From assembly GCF_006345805.1 (NCBI RefSeq), contig NC_043006.1:52514001-52578000 (forward strand): DNA of 64,000 bases, in the 5' to 3' direction. Both the position numbers and the translations under genes were made by a program. This document shows positions 14,290-62,055 of the stretch, piece after piece (the stretch's first letter is position 1; each line of letters opens with the position of its first letter). Source of the DNA: Octopus sinensis. Lineage: Eukaryota. Under the pieces are notes generated by a model. That model was not told the DNA's origin. It ran no database searches and saw nothing but the letters and a program-made list of their open reading frames with translations.

Positions 14290-14640
14290 AGGAACTAAAT
14301 ATCATAAGCGGAAAGTGTAACCTCTCGAAAGAGCTGTTCTTCACTCCTGCTCCAGAGCGTCGGTTGCGGGGTCACTCCGAAAAGCTCTATCTGCGACGAT
14401 TTCATCTCATTCGAAGGAGAGGGGCTTTCTCTGTCCGGGTTGCGGATCCGTTGAATAAGCTGCCGGACGAGATAGTGAAGATACCGACGACCGCTCGGTT
14501 CAAAGTCTCTCTTGACCAGAAATAGCCTGAACTCTTTGCATGAACACCACCCTTTACATAACTCCATGTCCCCCTACATGACCTTGCTTTTTGCTTTTTG
14601 TGCCAAAAAATTAACTTAACTAACTTAACCTAACTAAATA
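14290..14640 (+). mobile_element. CR1-clade LINE 3' end
   Basis: Translates RRLRGHSEKLYLRRFHLIRRRGAFSVRVADPLNKLP..FKVSLD, with a short taact/taacct repeat tail. Confidence 0.75.
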
Positions 14641-15641
14641 GTTGGTTCATTTCTCAGTGAGCGTAAATCACTATTTTTACGGTAGATTTACATATAATCT
14701 GTCGCCTGTTTGTTTCTTTTTTATCGTAAGTAGAATCAATGAGATTGTATTTTGTTCATGTTAATATTAATCCCTCGGAATTAGAATTATTTTTCTGCTA
14801 AGTACTTTTCATTCAGCGGTCAAAGAAGAATTTTTGTGAGCAGCATTTGTTATTTGTATATTTTAGCATTCTGCTATGTTAAGTTGTCCCGTCATTAATC
14901 TGTTAGCTTGGTGCAGATTTTGGGCGTTAGATTAATGTGTTGATTACTAATGTTTTCCTAATATGTTTTTGTCAGGAAGGAATCGATTGTAGGCAGACAT
15001 GGAGTGGGATGGACACCAACAGGTCTAAGAATATCTACGGCGTTCTCGAACTTTCTAAATTCTTATTACGCCAATAATATGCAACTCTCGCTGATTAGAA
15101 TAAAGTTTCTAAAATGGATCCCGAAATCTCCAGGGCAGCTTTGGTCCACTGGCAGAATGGCTGTCATGTTTACAAGAAATTTGGTTTCTGTCTTAGGTCA
15201 GCTTTCACCTTTTTTTTTATCTAACGTGTATAGCAATTCTCCGGCTTTTGCGTTTTGAGTTCAAATTCCGCCGATGGCAACTTTGCATTTCATCATTTTG
15301 GAGTCGATAAAATAAGTACCAGTTGAGTCTTGGGGTCGACGTAATCGACTTACCCCCTACCCCTAAATTACTGGCCTTGTGCCAAAATATGAAATCATTA
15401 TGTATAGCTTCAGCTGCTTCGAGATTCATTGTTTCCCAAACATTTCTAGATTCTTCAACAATATGTATATTTGAAGGTCCAACGAAGCTGCAAGGTAATA
15501 GACAAGCACTCAGCTATGAGTATATTGCATCTTATAGCAGAAAAATCCGTTACTTAATTAAGTGTATTACATAATTTGTTCCATTGTCATCTGCATAATC
15601 TCTTATCACGCTCTGTACTCGACTAACACTTTTCTCTGAAG

Positions 15642-15678
<37 letters not shown>

Positions 15679-16431
15679 ATTGAGTTCTAACACCAGGTTA
15701 TTGATATCGCTTTTGGTAAGCGAAATATGTATGTCTGTATGTATATATATATAAGACAAATTAGAATAAAAGCAGTAACCTCTCAAGCTGAATGACCACT
15801 TATTAGAACCTATCAAATATTGTAGTTATACTAACGTAACAGGAAACGAATGTTAGATAATCTTACAAGTATTCGTTTTTATATTTTTTTCATGCTTTCT
15901 AATATGAAACTTTCATTAGTAATAGGCATCTTAAACTCATGAGACTAATTTTATTCTATAAGCATTTTTAAAAACCACTTTATAGAATTTCTCTCCTCGC
16001 CTTCATGAAATTTCCAAAGACGACGCTAATTTGGCCATAGGATAAATATTATTACAATTTAACCTAAGGCCAGTTTGATCATACAAACCTACCTTCAAAT
16101 TCTTCCACATATGAATAGCTCACAGCTTTTTTATATCGGCAATAAACATGTTCAACGGATCTTTATTTAACATGTACAGTGTTTTGATTAGAGGGAGATG
16201 TGACTTCCATTTTTAACGTGTCTATTGACTGCATAGATATTCCTTCTTTGACTTGCGTTGTTGAGGATAGTATTTTTAGGAACAAACTGCAACATTTTCG
16301 ATTTGGATTATGAATTCACGACTTATATGATATAATAAAATGAAATGTGGCACATATGGATTACTTAAATGAGAGCGAGTATATGATTGATTTTCTGTGT
16401 TAAATCTAATTAAAAAGATAATATAGAGAGG

Positions 16432-16920
16432 CTGATCTCTGGTCTGGGACGCGAAGTGCAGCGACGTGTTCTCCAGATCCAACCTTACTACATCGTCTGT
16501 AAAACCGGATGTCGCTGCCCGTAATGCAGAGGAGATAAAAATCATTAAATACAAGGACCTAGCCGGCTGCTATCCGTTTGTGCCGGTCGCCGTCGAGACG
16601 TCAGATGTTCTAGGACCCCGTACTACCGATTTCTTCCGTAAAATAGAGATAACTGTGGGATGTCGGAGAAATGAACTCCGTGAAGTGGAGTGGCTGCTAC
16701 AACGAATGTCGCCGAACATTCTCCGCGGTAACTGTGGAATAAGGCTGACCCCACCATTTGTTCTGAGATAAGTGATCCATTGCCCCTTCCATCTTCCGCT
16801 GCCTTACTCCGCCATCTTTTTTTCCTTTTCTTTCTTTTCTTTCTCTCCTGTTTCTTTGTATTTAAATGTTCTAATAAAATAAATATGTTTTACAATAATT
16901 GTAAGACAAAAAAAAAAAAG
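16432..16920 (+). mobile_element. CRE-like non-LTR retrotransposon 3' end (restriction-like endonuclease)
   Basis: SLVWDAKCSD...AARNAEEIKIIKY..L...FVPVAVET...LLQRMS..ILRGN, then AATAAA and poly(A) at about 16907-16919. Confidence 0.8.
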
Positions 16921-17048
16921 AGGATAATGTTTATGCCTTGTTACACCCTAAGTATCAAATGGTCTAGCTCACTTAACTGCAAATAAGGAATAAGAGTATT
17001 GTTCAATGAGCATGTGTGTTTTTAGCTTTCAGATATTGCTCAGTTGAA

Positions 17049-17390
17049 AGGCGGCGAGCTGGCAGAAACGTTAGCACACCGGGCGAAATGCGTAGCCGTA
17101 TTTCGTCTGCCGTTAAGTTCAGAGTTCAAATTCCACCGAGGTCGACTTTGCCTTTCATCCTTTCGAGGTCGATAAATTAAGTAACAGTTACGCACTATGG
17201 TCGATATAACCGACTTAATACGTTTGTCTGTCCTTGTTTGTCCCCTCTGTGTTTAGCCCCTTGTGGGTAGTAAAGAAATAGGTATTTCGTCTGCCGCTAC
17301 GTTCTGAGTTCAAATTTCGCCGAGGTCGACTTTGCCTTTTATCCTTTCGGGGTCGATTAAATAAGTGGGTATTAAAGAAATAGATATTGT
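17049..17390 (+). mobile_element. SINE family A with internal duplication
   Basis: A full copy followed by a second partial core starting at gtatttcgtctgcc. Confidence 0.85.
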
Positions 17391-18482
17391 TCAGTTGAAG
17401 TTCTACAATCCAATGGAAAATGTAACTCATTCATTCCAACGACTATGGAAGCATAAGTATCATTAAAATCTCTTCATATATTTTCATTTAGACTCACGTC
17501 TAATGATCTTTAAATTACCAAAAATATCCGTGAAAACGTGATTCTCTCGTTCTGTATAATTTATATTGCCAAACAATAATATACCTGTTAAGATACGTAT
17601 GAGTTATTAAAGCGGCTGTAGTAAATGAATTTTTGACATTGCATTGATTATCTCTGTCTTCTGTTTTTCAAATTGTATTTTGCTCTCCGCATTCGTAATA
17701 GCTGACTCCGAGCTGTGTGCAAAATTCTTCAAGTTGTGAAATTTCTGAGTTTTATATAATGTTATAAATTTTTGTGTTTATACAAATATGTATGCATGAA
17801 TATACATATACATGTGTATGTGTGTGTGAATCTCTCTCTCTATTTTCTTTTCTTTCTTTCTTTCTATACATAGATACATACATACATATCTATTATATAA
17901 AATCCATTCCGTCTCTGTGTGTGTGTCTTCTAGGATCTCGGGCATCCTCCATCCGATTGCGCTCAAATTTGATATGTAGATACCGACGGTATCAGGGCGT
18001 GTATAAGTCTTGAAAAAAATTACAAAATTCGATTCCAGGTGAGAATGCGATCGATAATGCCATGGGAAAGTGCATCGTTTTTGTCCTGCTTTTCTTCCGT
18101 CAAACTGTACATAACTGCACCTTCCATTTTTTGTACTGCTTAAAGGCACGTTTCTTTCCTGCCAAGCTTACTGTTTAAACCATGTTTGTGTTCTCCCAGT
18201 CAACAGCCTTATCACTACTGATACTTTAAACTCTTCGGTTGCATATTTGTGTGAATAAAATCGTTTTTCTTTGGAATAAAAAAAAGTCTATCGTTATTTC
18301 TTCTTTTGCTGGTGTCTCAAATTTAGGCTAAATCAGTGTTTCTCAAAAGGGAGGCCTATGGGACGTTCGGACAAGTTGGTTTGAGAAAATTTGGTTTAAA
18401 TGTTTGACAACACAGCACCGTCAATTGGACGGGGGTGGGGCTTTTGCTCGCATTATATATAATATAATATTATATTATATGT

Positions 18483-18800
18483 GGAGGCGCCATGGCCCAG
18501 TGGTTAGGGCAGCGGACTCGCGGTCGGAGGATCGCGGTTTTGATTCCCAGACTGGGCGTTGTGTGTGTTTATTGAGCGAAAACATCTAAAGCTCCACGAG
18601 GCTCCAGCAGGGGATGGTGGTGACCCCTGTTGTACTCTTTCGCCCCAATTTTCTCTCACTCTTTCTTCCTGTTTCTTGAGTAACGCTGCGATGGACTGGC
18701 GTCCCGTCCAGCAGGAGGAACACATACGCCACAGAAACCGGGAAACCGGGCCCATGAGCCTGGCTAGGCTTGAAAAGGGCGCATAAATAAAAAATAAATA
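18483..18800 (+). mobile_element. tRNA-derived SINE family B
   Basis: A-box tggcccagtggttagg and B-box-like ggttttgattccc; 3' tail shared with the 24548 copy; A-rich end. Confidence 0.8.
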
Positions 18801-19728
18801 AATATTATATATTATATAAAATATAACCCCTACATTCATACATACCTAAATACATGCACAGAGGCTTACAAGAACTCATCATAAAATGACTCTAAACAGA
18901 TGCTGTGGCAATGTTGCCATGTCCAGGTGGCAAATGTGCAAACTTATTTACATACTAAGAAATCTCGACGTAAGCCAAAATGTTTCCACATTCCAGCCAC
19001 GATCATCATTTCCCTCTCGCAGGCAATGCGTGTCAAAAACAACGTTTTTTTACGTAGTGGGGTGTAATATGGGAAATTTGGCTGCTAAATCTGGTAGCTG
19101 GAAGTACCCTCTAGAAGGTACTTCTAGTAATAGAAGTACCATCAAGAAGGTACTTCTATTACAAGGTAGGTTCCCTTGTAATAAGCTATTAATAGTTGCA
19201 TCATGGTTAGAAAATTGCTTGTATATTTATTTGAAGTATCTTACACAATATTTGATGTATTGAAGAGGGAAAATATGTGTTCTGGATGAAACACTGATTT
19301 TCCATGAATGGGTATGCTGTAAGTAAGAGATATTTCATCTTGTATCTGTGATTTATAATTACTATATTTGATGAGTATGTGTTTGTTACACGCCTGGAGA
19401 ACCCATACACACACTCGCTCGCGCACAATACAAATTGAATGGGATTGATGGGAAAAAATGAAAAGAAACAAAGACATGCTTATAAAACTATTCTGATAAT
19501 TTCTTTATTTCGTTTTGATTGCAATAATGATTAGTCTGATCTGAAGAAGGCTCTGTTAAATACGTTAAATACGTATTTGATTTTCACAATTTTATATATA
19601 TATATTTCTTGCAAATGTTTCCGAAAGAATTATCATGACAGAAAATTATGCATGCGTTATTTTTATTCTAGAATCACAGGAAAAGCATTTTAAATTATTT
19701 AGACAAAATCATTTATATATAAACAATG

Positions 19729-19819
<91 letters not shown>

Positions 19820-19844
19820 AAGTGATTGTAGTAGAAAAAAAATA

Positions 19845-19850
19845 TTTATT
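19845..19850 (-). terminator. Candidate polyadenylation signal
   Basis: AATAAA about 100 nt after the stop; another overlaps the stop codon (19957-19952). The AT-rich context weakens this call. Confidence 0.4.
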
Positions 19851-19952
19851 AATATATTCTCAAATTAAAAATTATCATCGTATGGTGAAATGAAAATTCA
19901 GTCTTGATTTTTAGGAAACAGTGGGGATTATAGAAGTTCATTTTAGGTGTAT

Positions 19953-54688
<34,736 letters not shown>

Positions 54689-54713
54689 GTTGATTGTCTT
54701 ATTAGGGATTATC

Positions 54714-54745
54714 TAATGAGAGCTTAAATATATAGTGTTTATATA
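54714..54745 (-). promoter_or_regulatory. Putative core promoter: TATA box and initiator
   Basis: TATATAAA at 54745-54738 and Inr-like CTCATTA with its A at 54717, 28 nt downstream of the TATA start and 29 nt upstream of the ATG. Confidence 0.55.
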
Positions 54746-55619
54746 AATATCACCAGTCCACTTGCCCCTGCGAAGGCGATGCTAGTCAACGTATTGAATA
54801 GCGACTTAATACACACACTCACACTCACAAAGGAGTTTCTGTGTGGAAACGAACTCACTGAATTCTCCGAATAAGTCCGGTGAACAGACAAGGCAAATAT
54901 GACACACTGTGAGGGAAAGCCCAGTATTTAAAGGTGATCGTCAATAGAAGACAGTGTTATGTTTGTGAATGAGGTCGAGTGTATATGCCAAAGTTTACAC
55001 AAAGGTATACGAGTTTGAAAGTCGCGCCAGATGACCAATGAAAACGGGTTTCTGTAGCTTTGTTCCTCTAATCGTGCCAATCAGAGACTACATCAGCTGG
55101 AATAAGACCGACAGTGTGAGTGCTATTCGCATCTCACGCCTAGTACGAGGCAGTAAACTTGAACATCAACTAACCAACACCTGCTTTCGGTTGTGAAAAG
55201 GCAATCTCAAAGGTAGGGCGATATAAAGGTAGGGGTGGGGGAGAGAGGAGGTTGGAAAAGAAGAAAAAAGACCACGACGATGGCGATGATGACGACGACG
55301 ACGAAGAAGAAATAAGAGCTATAAAAAGCAAGAATGGAAGAAGAAAAAGGAAGAAAAGAAGGATAAAAGAAGAAAGGTGTGGAGTGGCAATGATTAGGAA
55401 AAAAGTATTTCTCTAGCAGAGTTAATATATGTAGGAGTTTTATAATTTGAATGTAAACAGAAAGAAAATAAACGAACAAAAGGTTTTTTTGTCCTTAAAG
55501 TAAATATAAAAGATAGAAAGACATAATAGAAATCTGACATAGAATTATACAATATTTATTTTGTGAACCGTTTCAAAGAATATAGCTTTATTGAATATAA
55601 CTTATTTGGAAAAGGATTG

Positions 55620-56270
<651 letters not shown>

Positions 56271-56532
56271 GCATACAAGTATGGTTTAAATTCTATGGTT
56301 TAAGTACTACTTAGCACTATAACTATTTTCTTTCCTTTCTTTCCTAGGTCTACCCATGTATATACTGTTTTTGTCTTTACTATTTATTACGTAACTCTTT
56401 TCATCCTTTGACAAAAGGCGATCATCAAGCAATACTCACCATTTGTTGTTTAACTCGGAAACAGTTATAGAAAGGACGACAGTATGTATGTATGTGTGTG
56501 TGTGAGAGTGAGAGAGAATGAGAGAGAGAGAA

Positions 56533-56577
<45 letters not shown>

Positions 56578-56578
56578 A

Positions 56579-56610
<32 letters not shown>

Positions 56611-56914
56611 TCTGTTGTAGCTACATCACTTTGTTCGAGTATTTTTATAATACAATGTTAGGATGGCAAGAAAAGTTCTGTCTTGTTCTACAGGCGAGTC
56701 GATTTGCTACAACAAATTTACCAGAGCAAAATCGAAAGATCATTAAGCATTTAATTGCTTAGATTCTCGATGGCGTGCTATTCATTACAAATATACATAT
56801 ATATATATATATATGTACACACATATATATATATATGCACATATATACATATATATACATATTTATGTGTATATATATATGTTTATATATGTGTATGTGT
56901 GTGTATATATATAT

Positions 56915-56947
<33 letters not shown>

Positions 56948-56979
56948 ATTCTTTATATATATATAATGAGGGACCAAAG

Positions 56980-59530
56980 AAGTTGGAATCACAATGTGCC
57001 GGTTTTGACGCGAAAACTATTAGAGTTATCAGAATCTGGACTGTAGAAACATTGCATCAGAGCAAGAAGATTACACAACTATTGAAACTATTTGCAGTTG
57101 CCTACTTGTCATCCTGAATTTGATATGAAGTGGAAAATCAAGCAAGGAAAAGAGAACAGTAATATGTTCGAGCATACTTGTGAGTCATCCTGATACTAAG
57201 TTAAAAGAAACTTATTGCGTTATGTATTTTCACTCAAAGCTTTGTAAAGAACCTCTTCATTCAAGTTTATGCACCGGAGATGAAACGATGCAGAGACATG
57301 AGTGTCTTCTACGAGCAACTGCAAGATTCAGCTCTAATGCTATCCCCAGTTATAATAACAAGCTGCTTCAATGTAAAGATTAGAAGGGAACGGCAAGAAG
57401 CTAAGCCGTGCACGTTTTCGGGTCACATAGATCTAATAAGGAAACCAGTAAAAAATGAAGGCGTTTGATATTGTTCTGAATCATGAACAGGAACACATAT
57501 TTTGTGCACAACATAATCCATAAAAGGACATGTAAGAATAACGTGCAAGATGAGAACAGCAAGAAAGAAATTTACTTTTGTCTAATTTAATTTGAAGACC
57601 ACTTCACATGATGTGTGAGGTGCCGATGTTGGAGCAGATCACAACCTGCTGAAAGTGATAGTGAAGTTCTGTTAAAGAAACGGACGTTATCAGCCTTTAC
57701 TCGCGAAAAAGCAAAAAGACATCACAACATCAGTGCAGTACTACTTTCCGTCCAAGAATAAACTTCAGCTTCCACAAGATTGAGGAATAGTGAGCAAATA
57801 ATAGCACTAACAGCTCATAATGTACTATCAATCGTAGAAGTGGAAGGAGACAAGAACATTGTACAGAATAAGGATCACAAAACCTAAATAATTTACGTTG
57901 TGCCTTAAAGAACAGATAGAATCAAGAAAAAACCGCAAAGGGGAGAGAACAGACTGTTACAGATATTAGATATCAGACTATCAAGTGAAGTGGAGCCACA
58001 AACCTGGAAAAAAAGGGAAGAATGGAAAGAAAAAGGCAAAAATCACCAAAAGACGCAAGAGCAAGAACAATGCAAAAACACTTTATAGTTTTGTTAGAGA
58101 GATCATGTTTAAAAAGTAACAGCTGTGTGCATGTCAAGGACAAAACTAGTAACATTTGGTTTATATAAAAAGAACAGATCCTGTTGGTTTGCGCAAATCT
58201 CAACTGGCCACCAAGATCCAGCCATACGTTTTGACTTCAACTTAGATCCACCAGCTGAATTTCTGTAAGATCTGATTAGATCAAGGAAGAAATACAAGCG
58301 CTGAAGAAACTAAAACGTAACAAAGCTGATGGCTATCATAAAATTTCAGCTGAACTCTTGGGCCACAACAGATTATTATAATACTTTCAAAAATGAAAAC
58401 CTAATACACTGCAACTATTGTTGAGGAAATAATTTGCTCTCTATATCAGAAAAGCTTTACGAATTACATGATTGAATAAGATTCGACAGAACACTGATTG
58501 CTTTTGAGAGGACAAGCAACAAAGTTTAGTTCTTGCTGCATCTTCCACTCAGCGAATTTTCACGCCAACATTATGAGAATAAATTTACATGCTGCACAAC
58601 TGTGCATTGAGTTCTAGTATTTTTTTCTGGTCTACTCTGTGAATTTTATAGAAGTTTTGACAGCATCTATCGGTAGTCATTATGGAAGATCTCTTCAGCC
58701 ATGGTATATCCAACAGTCTCCTGGAAGACTAGTTGCTATGTCAGGACGGATACTGGATAAACCGATCTGTAATATCATCAGTGGAATTCGCCAGCTGCAG
58801 CCACCCTCCAATTCTCTTTTTCCAGCGGAAGAATTTGAAACAAAGATAACCAATGGGAGAACTGTACGACTTCACTGGAGTATAATGAAAATACTTTGTA
58901 ATCTGAATTTTGCCGATGATATTACATTGCTGATAAAACCAAGGACTGAACTGCGAAAATTAGCCATCTGGCTCAAATAACAAGCAGTAGGGATAGATGC
59001 ATAGAAAGTTACGGGGACAGTAGAATTAGCAAGGTATTCCAGTTCACGTAGTAAATCTAGACAATAATAACCATCACTACTAAAATGAAAATCCGACTTT
59101 ACGTGCAATAGTTTTGCTAACAATGAAACATGAAAATGATGGCGATGGGGCGATTGTGGTGAGGAAGCTAGACACATTCTACCAACGATGCATACGGAAT
59201 TTCTTCAAATTCGTCTGGCGAACCGACCGAATCACAGATGACGAAATTTTTCTGCTAAGCACAACCCGCCTGCTGCAAGACGTTGTCGTGTTGCATCGAT
59301 GTTGCCTAGCAGGTCATATTTTGCGCCTAGCAGTAACTGAGCAGGTAAAGCTTACACTAATGTAAACATAAGAAGAAACATATTGGAAAAAGGACCTGCT
59401 CAGTACTAGTTCACCTGGCACTGAACGTTCCAGGAAAACCTTAAACACACAAGGAACATTTGAATAGGAGAGAAGAGAATTAAGGTATAATAAATTTGGC
59501 GTGCACGTTGTTAGAGACGAACAAGTCATA
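56980..59530 (+). mobile_element. Decayed RTE-clade LINE
   Basis: GADVGADHNLL, ALKKLKRNKADG...ISAELL, LNFADDITLL, KLDTFYQRCIR...W.DRIT..EI, LAGHILR. Confidence 0.8.
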
Positions 59531-59758
59531 GTACTTGCCTCTTATGACACGTGTACTCTTTTACTTGTTTCAGTCATTTGACTGCGGCCATGCTGGAGCA
59601 CAGCTTTTAGTCGAGTAAATCGACTCCAGAACTTATTTTTTGTAAGCCTAGTACTTATTCTATCGGTGTCTTTTTCCGAACCACTATGTTACGGGGACTT
59701 AAACACACCAACATCGGTTGTCAAGCAATGTTGGGTGGACAAACATAGACAAACACAC

Positions 59759-59817
<59 letters not shown>

Positions 59818-60049
59818 CCTACACAATGGGTTTCTTTCAGTTTCCGTCTACCAAATCCATTCACAAAGCTTTGGTCGGCTCGAAGCTATAATAGAAGACA
59901 CTTGCCCAAGTTACCACACAGTGGACTGAACCCGGAACCATGTGGTTGGTAAGGAAGCTACTTACCACACAGCCACCCCTGCGCCTACATACAATGAACC
60001 TAAAGCTGCAGTGAGATACTATGTAAGTTTATAGATACTGATTGTTTGC

Positions 60050-60092
<43 letters not shown>

Positions 60093-60101
<9 letters not shown>

Positions 60102-60850
60102 TCGCGTAAAAGTCAAAGTTTGTAGACCATTTTTTAAAGTCAAATTTATGGGGTTTTCTATTACACGAATACTACTTCTGAGGGGCTGAAATTCAAACCA
60201 CAATCCGAAGTACCGTATCAGCAGCACAAGTCCAAGTGATCTCCAAGTGAATAAAAGCAAAAACACAATGAGTTTCAGTAATATTATCAAATCTGTTCAT
60301 CAACACACACGTCCTAGTAAAATATAAAGATAGCATGGGAACCACTGATCTAGTGATTAGTTGAATGTTTTTAGGCTTACCAAAGTCATGACTTTTGTAC
60401 GAATTCAGACAGTGGCGTTTGCCTGTGTTAACCAACAGTGCTGTCTGTGAAACATGTTTCTCACCATGTAAACAACGAGTGTATGACGCATGAGTTCATT
60501 GTACTTGCAGACGTATGCAAGCTTTTAGCATATCCTATGCATACATTTTAGTAATAGTGATGTAGCATGCATCAACAGATGTGTAGTGCTCGCTATTGAA
60601 TGGTGCGAGCATTCCATTATTAGCACCAAGCATTCCACCTATAGAGCAGGCTATAGTAAGGTAGCCACGCAATCTTATAACAGTGTTATCTCTATCTACA
60701 GGATAATACAGTACCTTGACCCACAAATGTGGTGTTGCTCGTGAAATACTGGGGTCGAATTTTATACGGGAGCTATGAAAAACTCTCAAGTTTTAGCCAA
60801 AACAAGGGGTCGACTTTTACATGAGACCGACTATAACTCGAGTATATACG
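60093..60850. mobile_element. Tc1/pogo-type MITE
   Basis: Imperfect TIRs tatatactcgcgtaaaagtc and gactataactcgagtatata, with subterminal ggggtcga repeats. Confidence 0.6.
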
Positions 60851-60926
60851 ATATATATATATATATATTTACATATGCATACATACATGTATGCATGCAT
60901 ACATACATACATATATACATACATAC

Positions 60927-60992
<66 letters not shown>

Positions 60993-61019
60993 TGAGAGAG
61001 AGAGATAGAGATAGAGAGA

Positions 61020-61610
61020 GGAGGGGTCCCAAAAGTCACTGATGGGTTTTGATTTTTAATAACGTCCTCAACTTTACAAATATATGCATGAAATTTTCAT
61101 ACAATATAAAGGACATAATTGAAATTAATATACATAATTGTGCAACACCACTACATCACATATGAAAAATGACATCGCTTAAATGGCAACCATTTTCGGC
61201 TTCTCACGCCTGTGCTCTTTCCAAAACTTGCACTATAACACCCTCAAAAGTTTCAGACCCAACTTCTCTGATTTCTCTATTGATATTCTACTTCATTTGC
61301 ACCAGGGTCTCCAGTTTTTGACGTAAACCCTCTCTTCAAAGTATCTCCACACGAAAAAGTCCAGGCTAGTCAAGTCTGGGGAATGTGAAGGCTAGTTGAA
61401 ATTGCCGTAGTGGGAGAATATTCTCTCTCCAAAGCACTGCCGTAGCCATTGCATTGTTTTTCTTGCGGTAAGAGCAGTTGCCCCATCTTGCTGGAACTAT
61501 GTGTGAGGTCTACTTTGAATGGCCGGGCGCAAAAAGGTCTCAGTTATAGATACCTGAAAGAGACGGTTTATGCGAAAATGGCTGCAATTTAAGCATGTTA
61601 TATCTCTAAT
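61020..61610 (-). mobile_element. rosa-type (DD41D) mariner-like transposase relic
   Basis: QQDGATALTARKTMQWLRQCFGERIFSHYGNFN*PSHSPDLTSLDFFVW has 41 residues between the catalytic Asp residues; TIR-like gaggggtcccaaaagtcactg. Confidence 0.8.
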
Positions 61611-61842
61611 TCAGTACCATGTTTTTTCGTTCCACTTTCCTTTTTAATCTCCTTCTTGATGAGCGAAAACCGTTCTAAACACCCATTTTCTTCCTTTCAT
61701 TCCCACCTCAGCGTTATTACATGCATGTACTCTTACAATTTTATTTTTGCTTTTGATCGTGTTTTATCTGGTTGTTAATTAGCACGCCGGCACATGCTTC
61801 ATCCACATACTTACTGGATTTATTATTTCCTTATAATAATAT

Positions 61843-62055
61843 GACGGCGGGCTAGCAGAATCTTTAACATGCCGGACAAAATGCTTAGCAGCATTTCTCC
61901 CAGCTTTACGTTCTGAGACCAAGTTCCGTCGAGATCGACTTTGGCCTATTATTCCTTCGGGGAAGATGAAATAAGCACCAGCTGAGCAGTGAACTAGATG
62001 TAATCGAGTAACACGTTCCCTCAAAATTTCAGAAATTATGTCCATAGAAAAGACC
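61843..62055 (+). mobile_element. Old SINE family A copy
   Basis: Diverged head and core. Confidence 0.7.

Noticed and set aside
1-19900. Downstream transmembrane or intracellular exon for the DSL gene
   Set aside because: No convincing spliceable hydrophobic exon was seen by eye, and the region is largely explained by TEs. Not formally excluded without RNA data.
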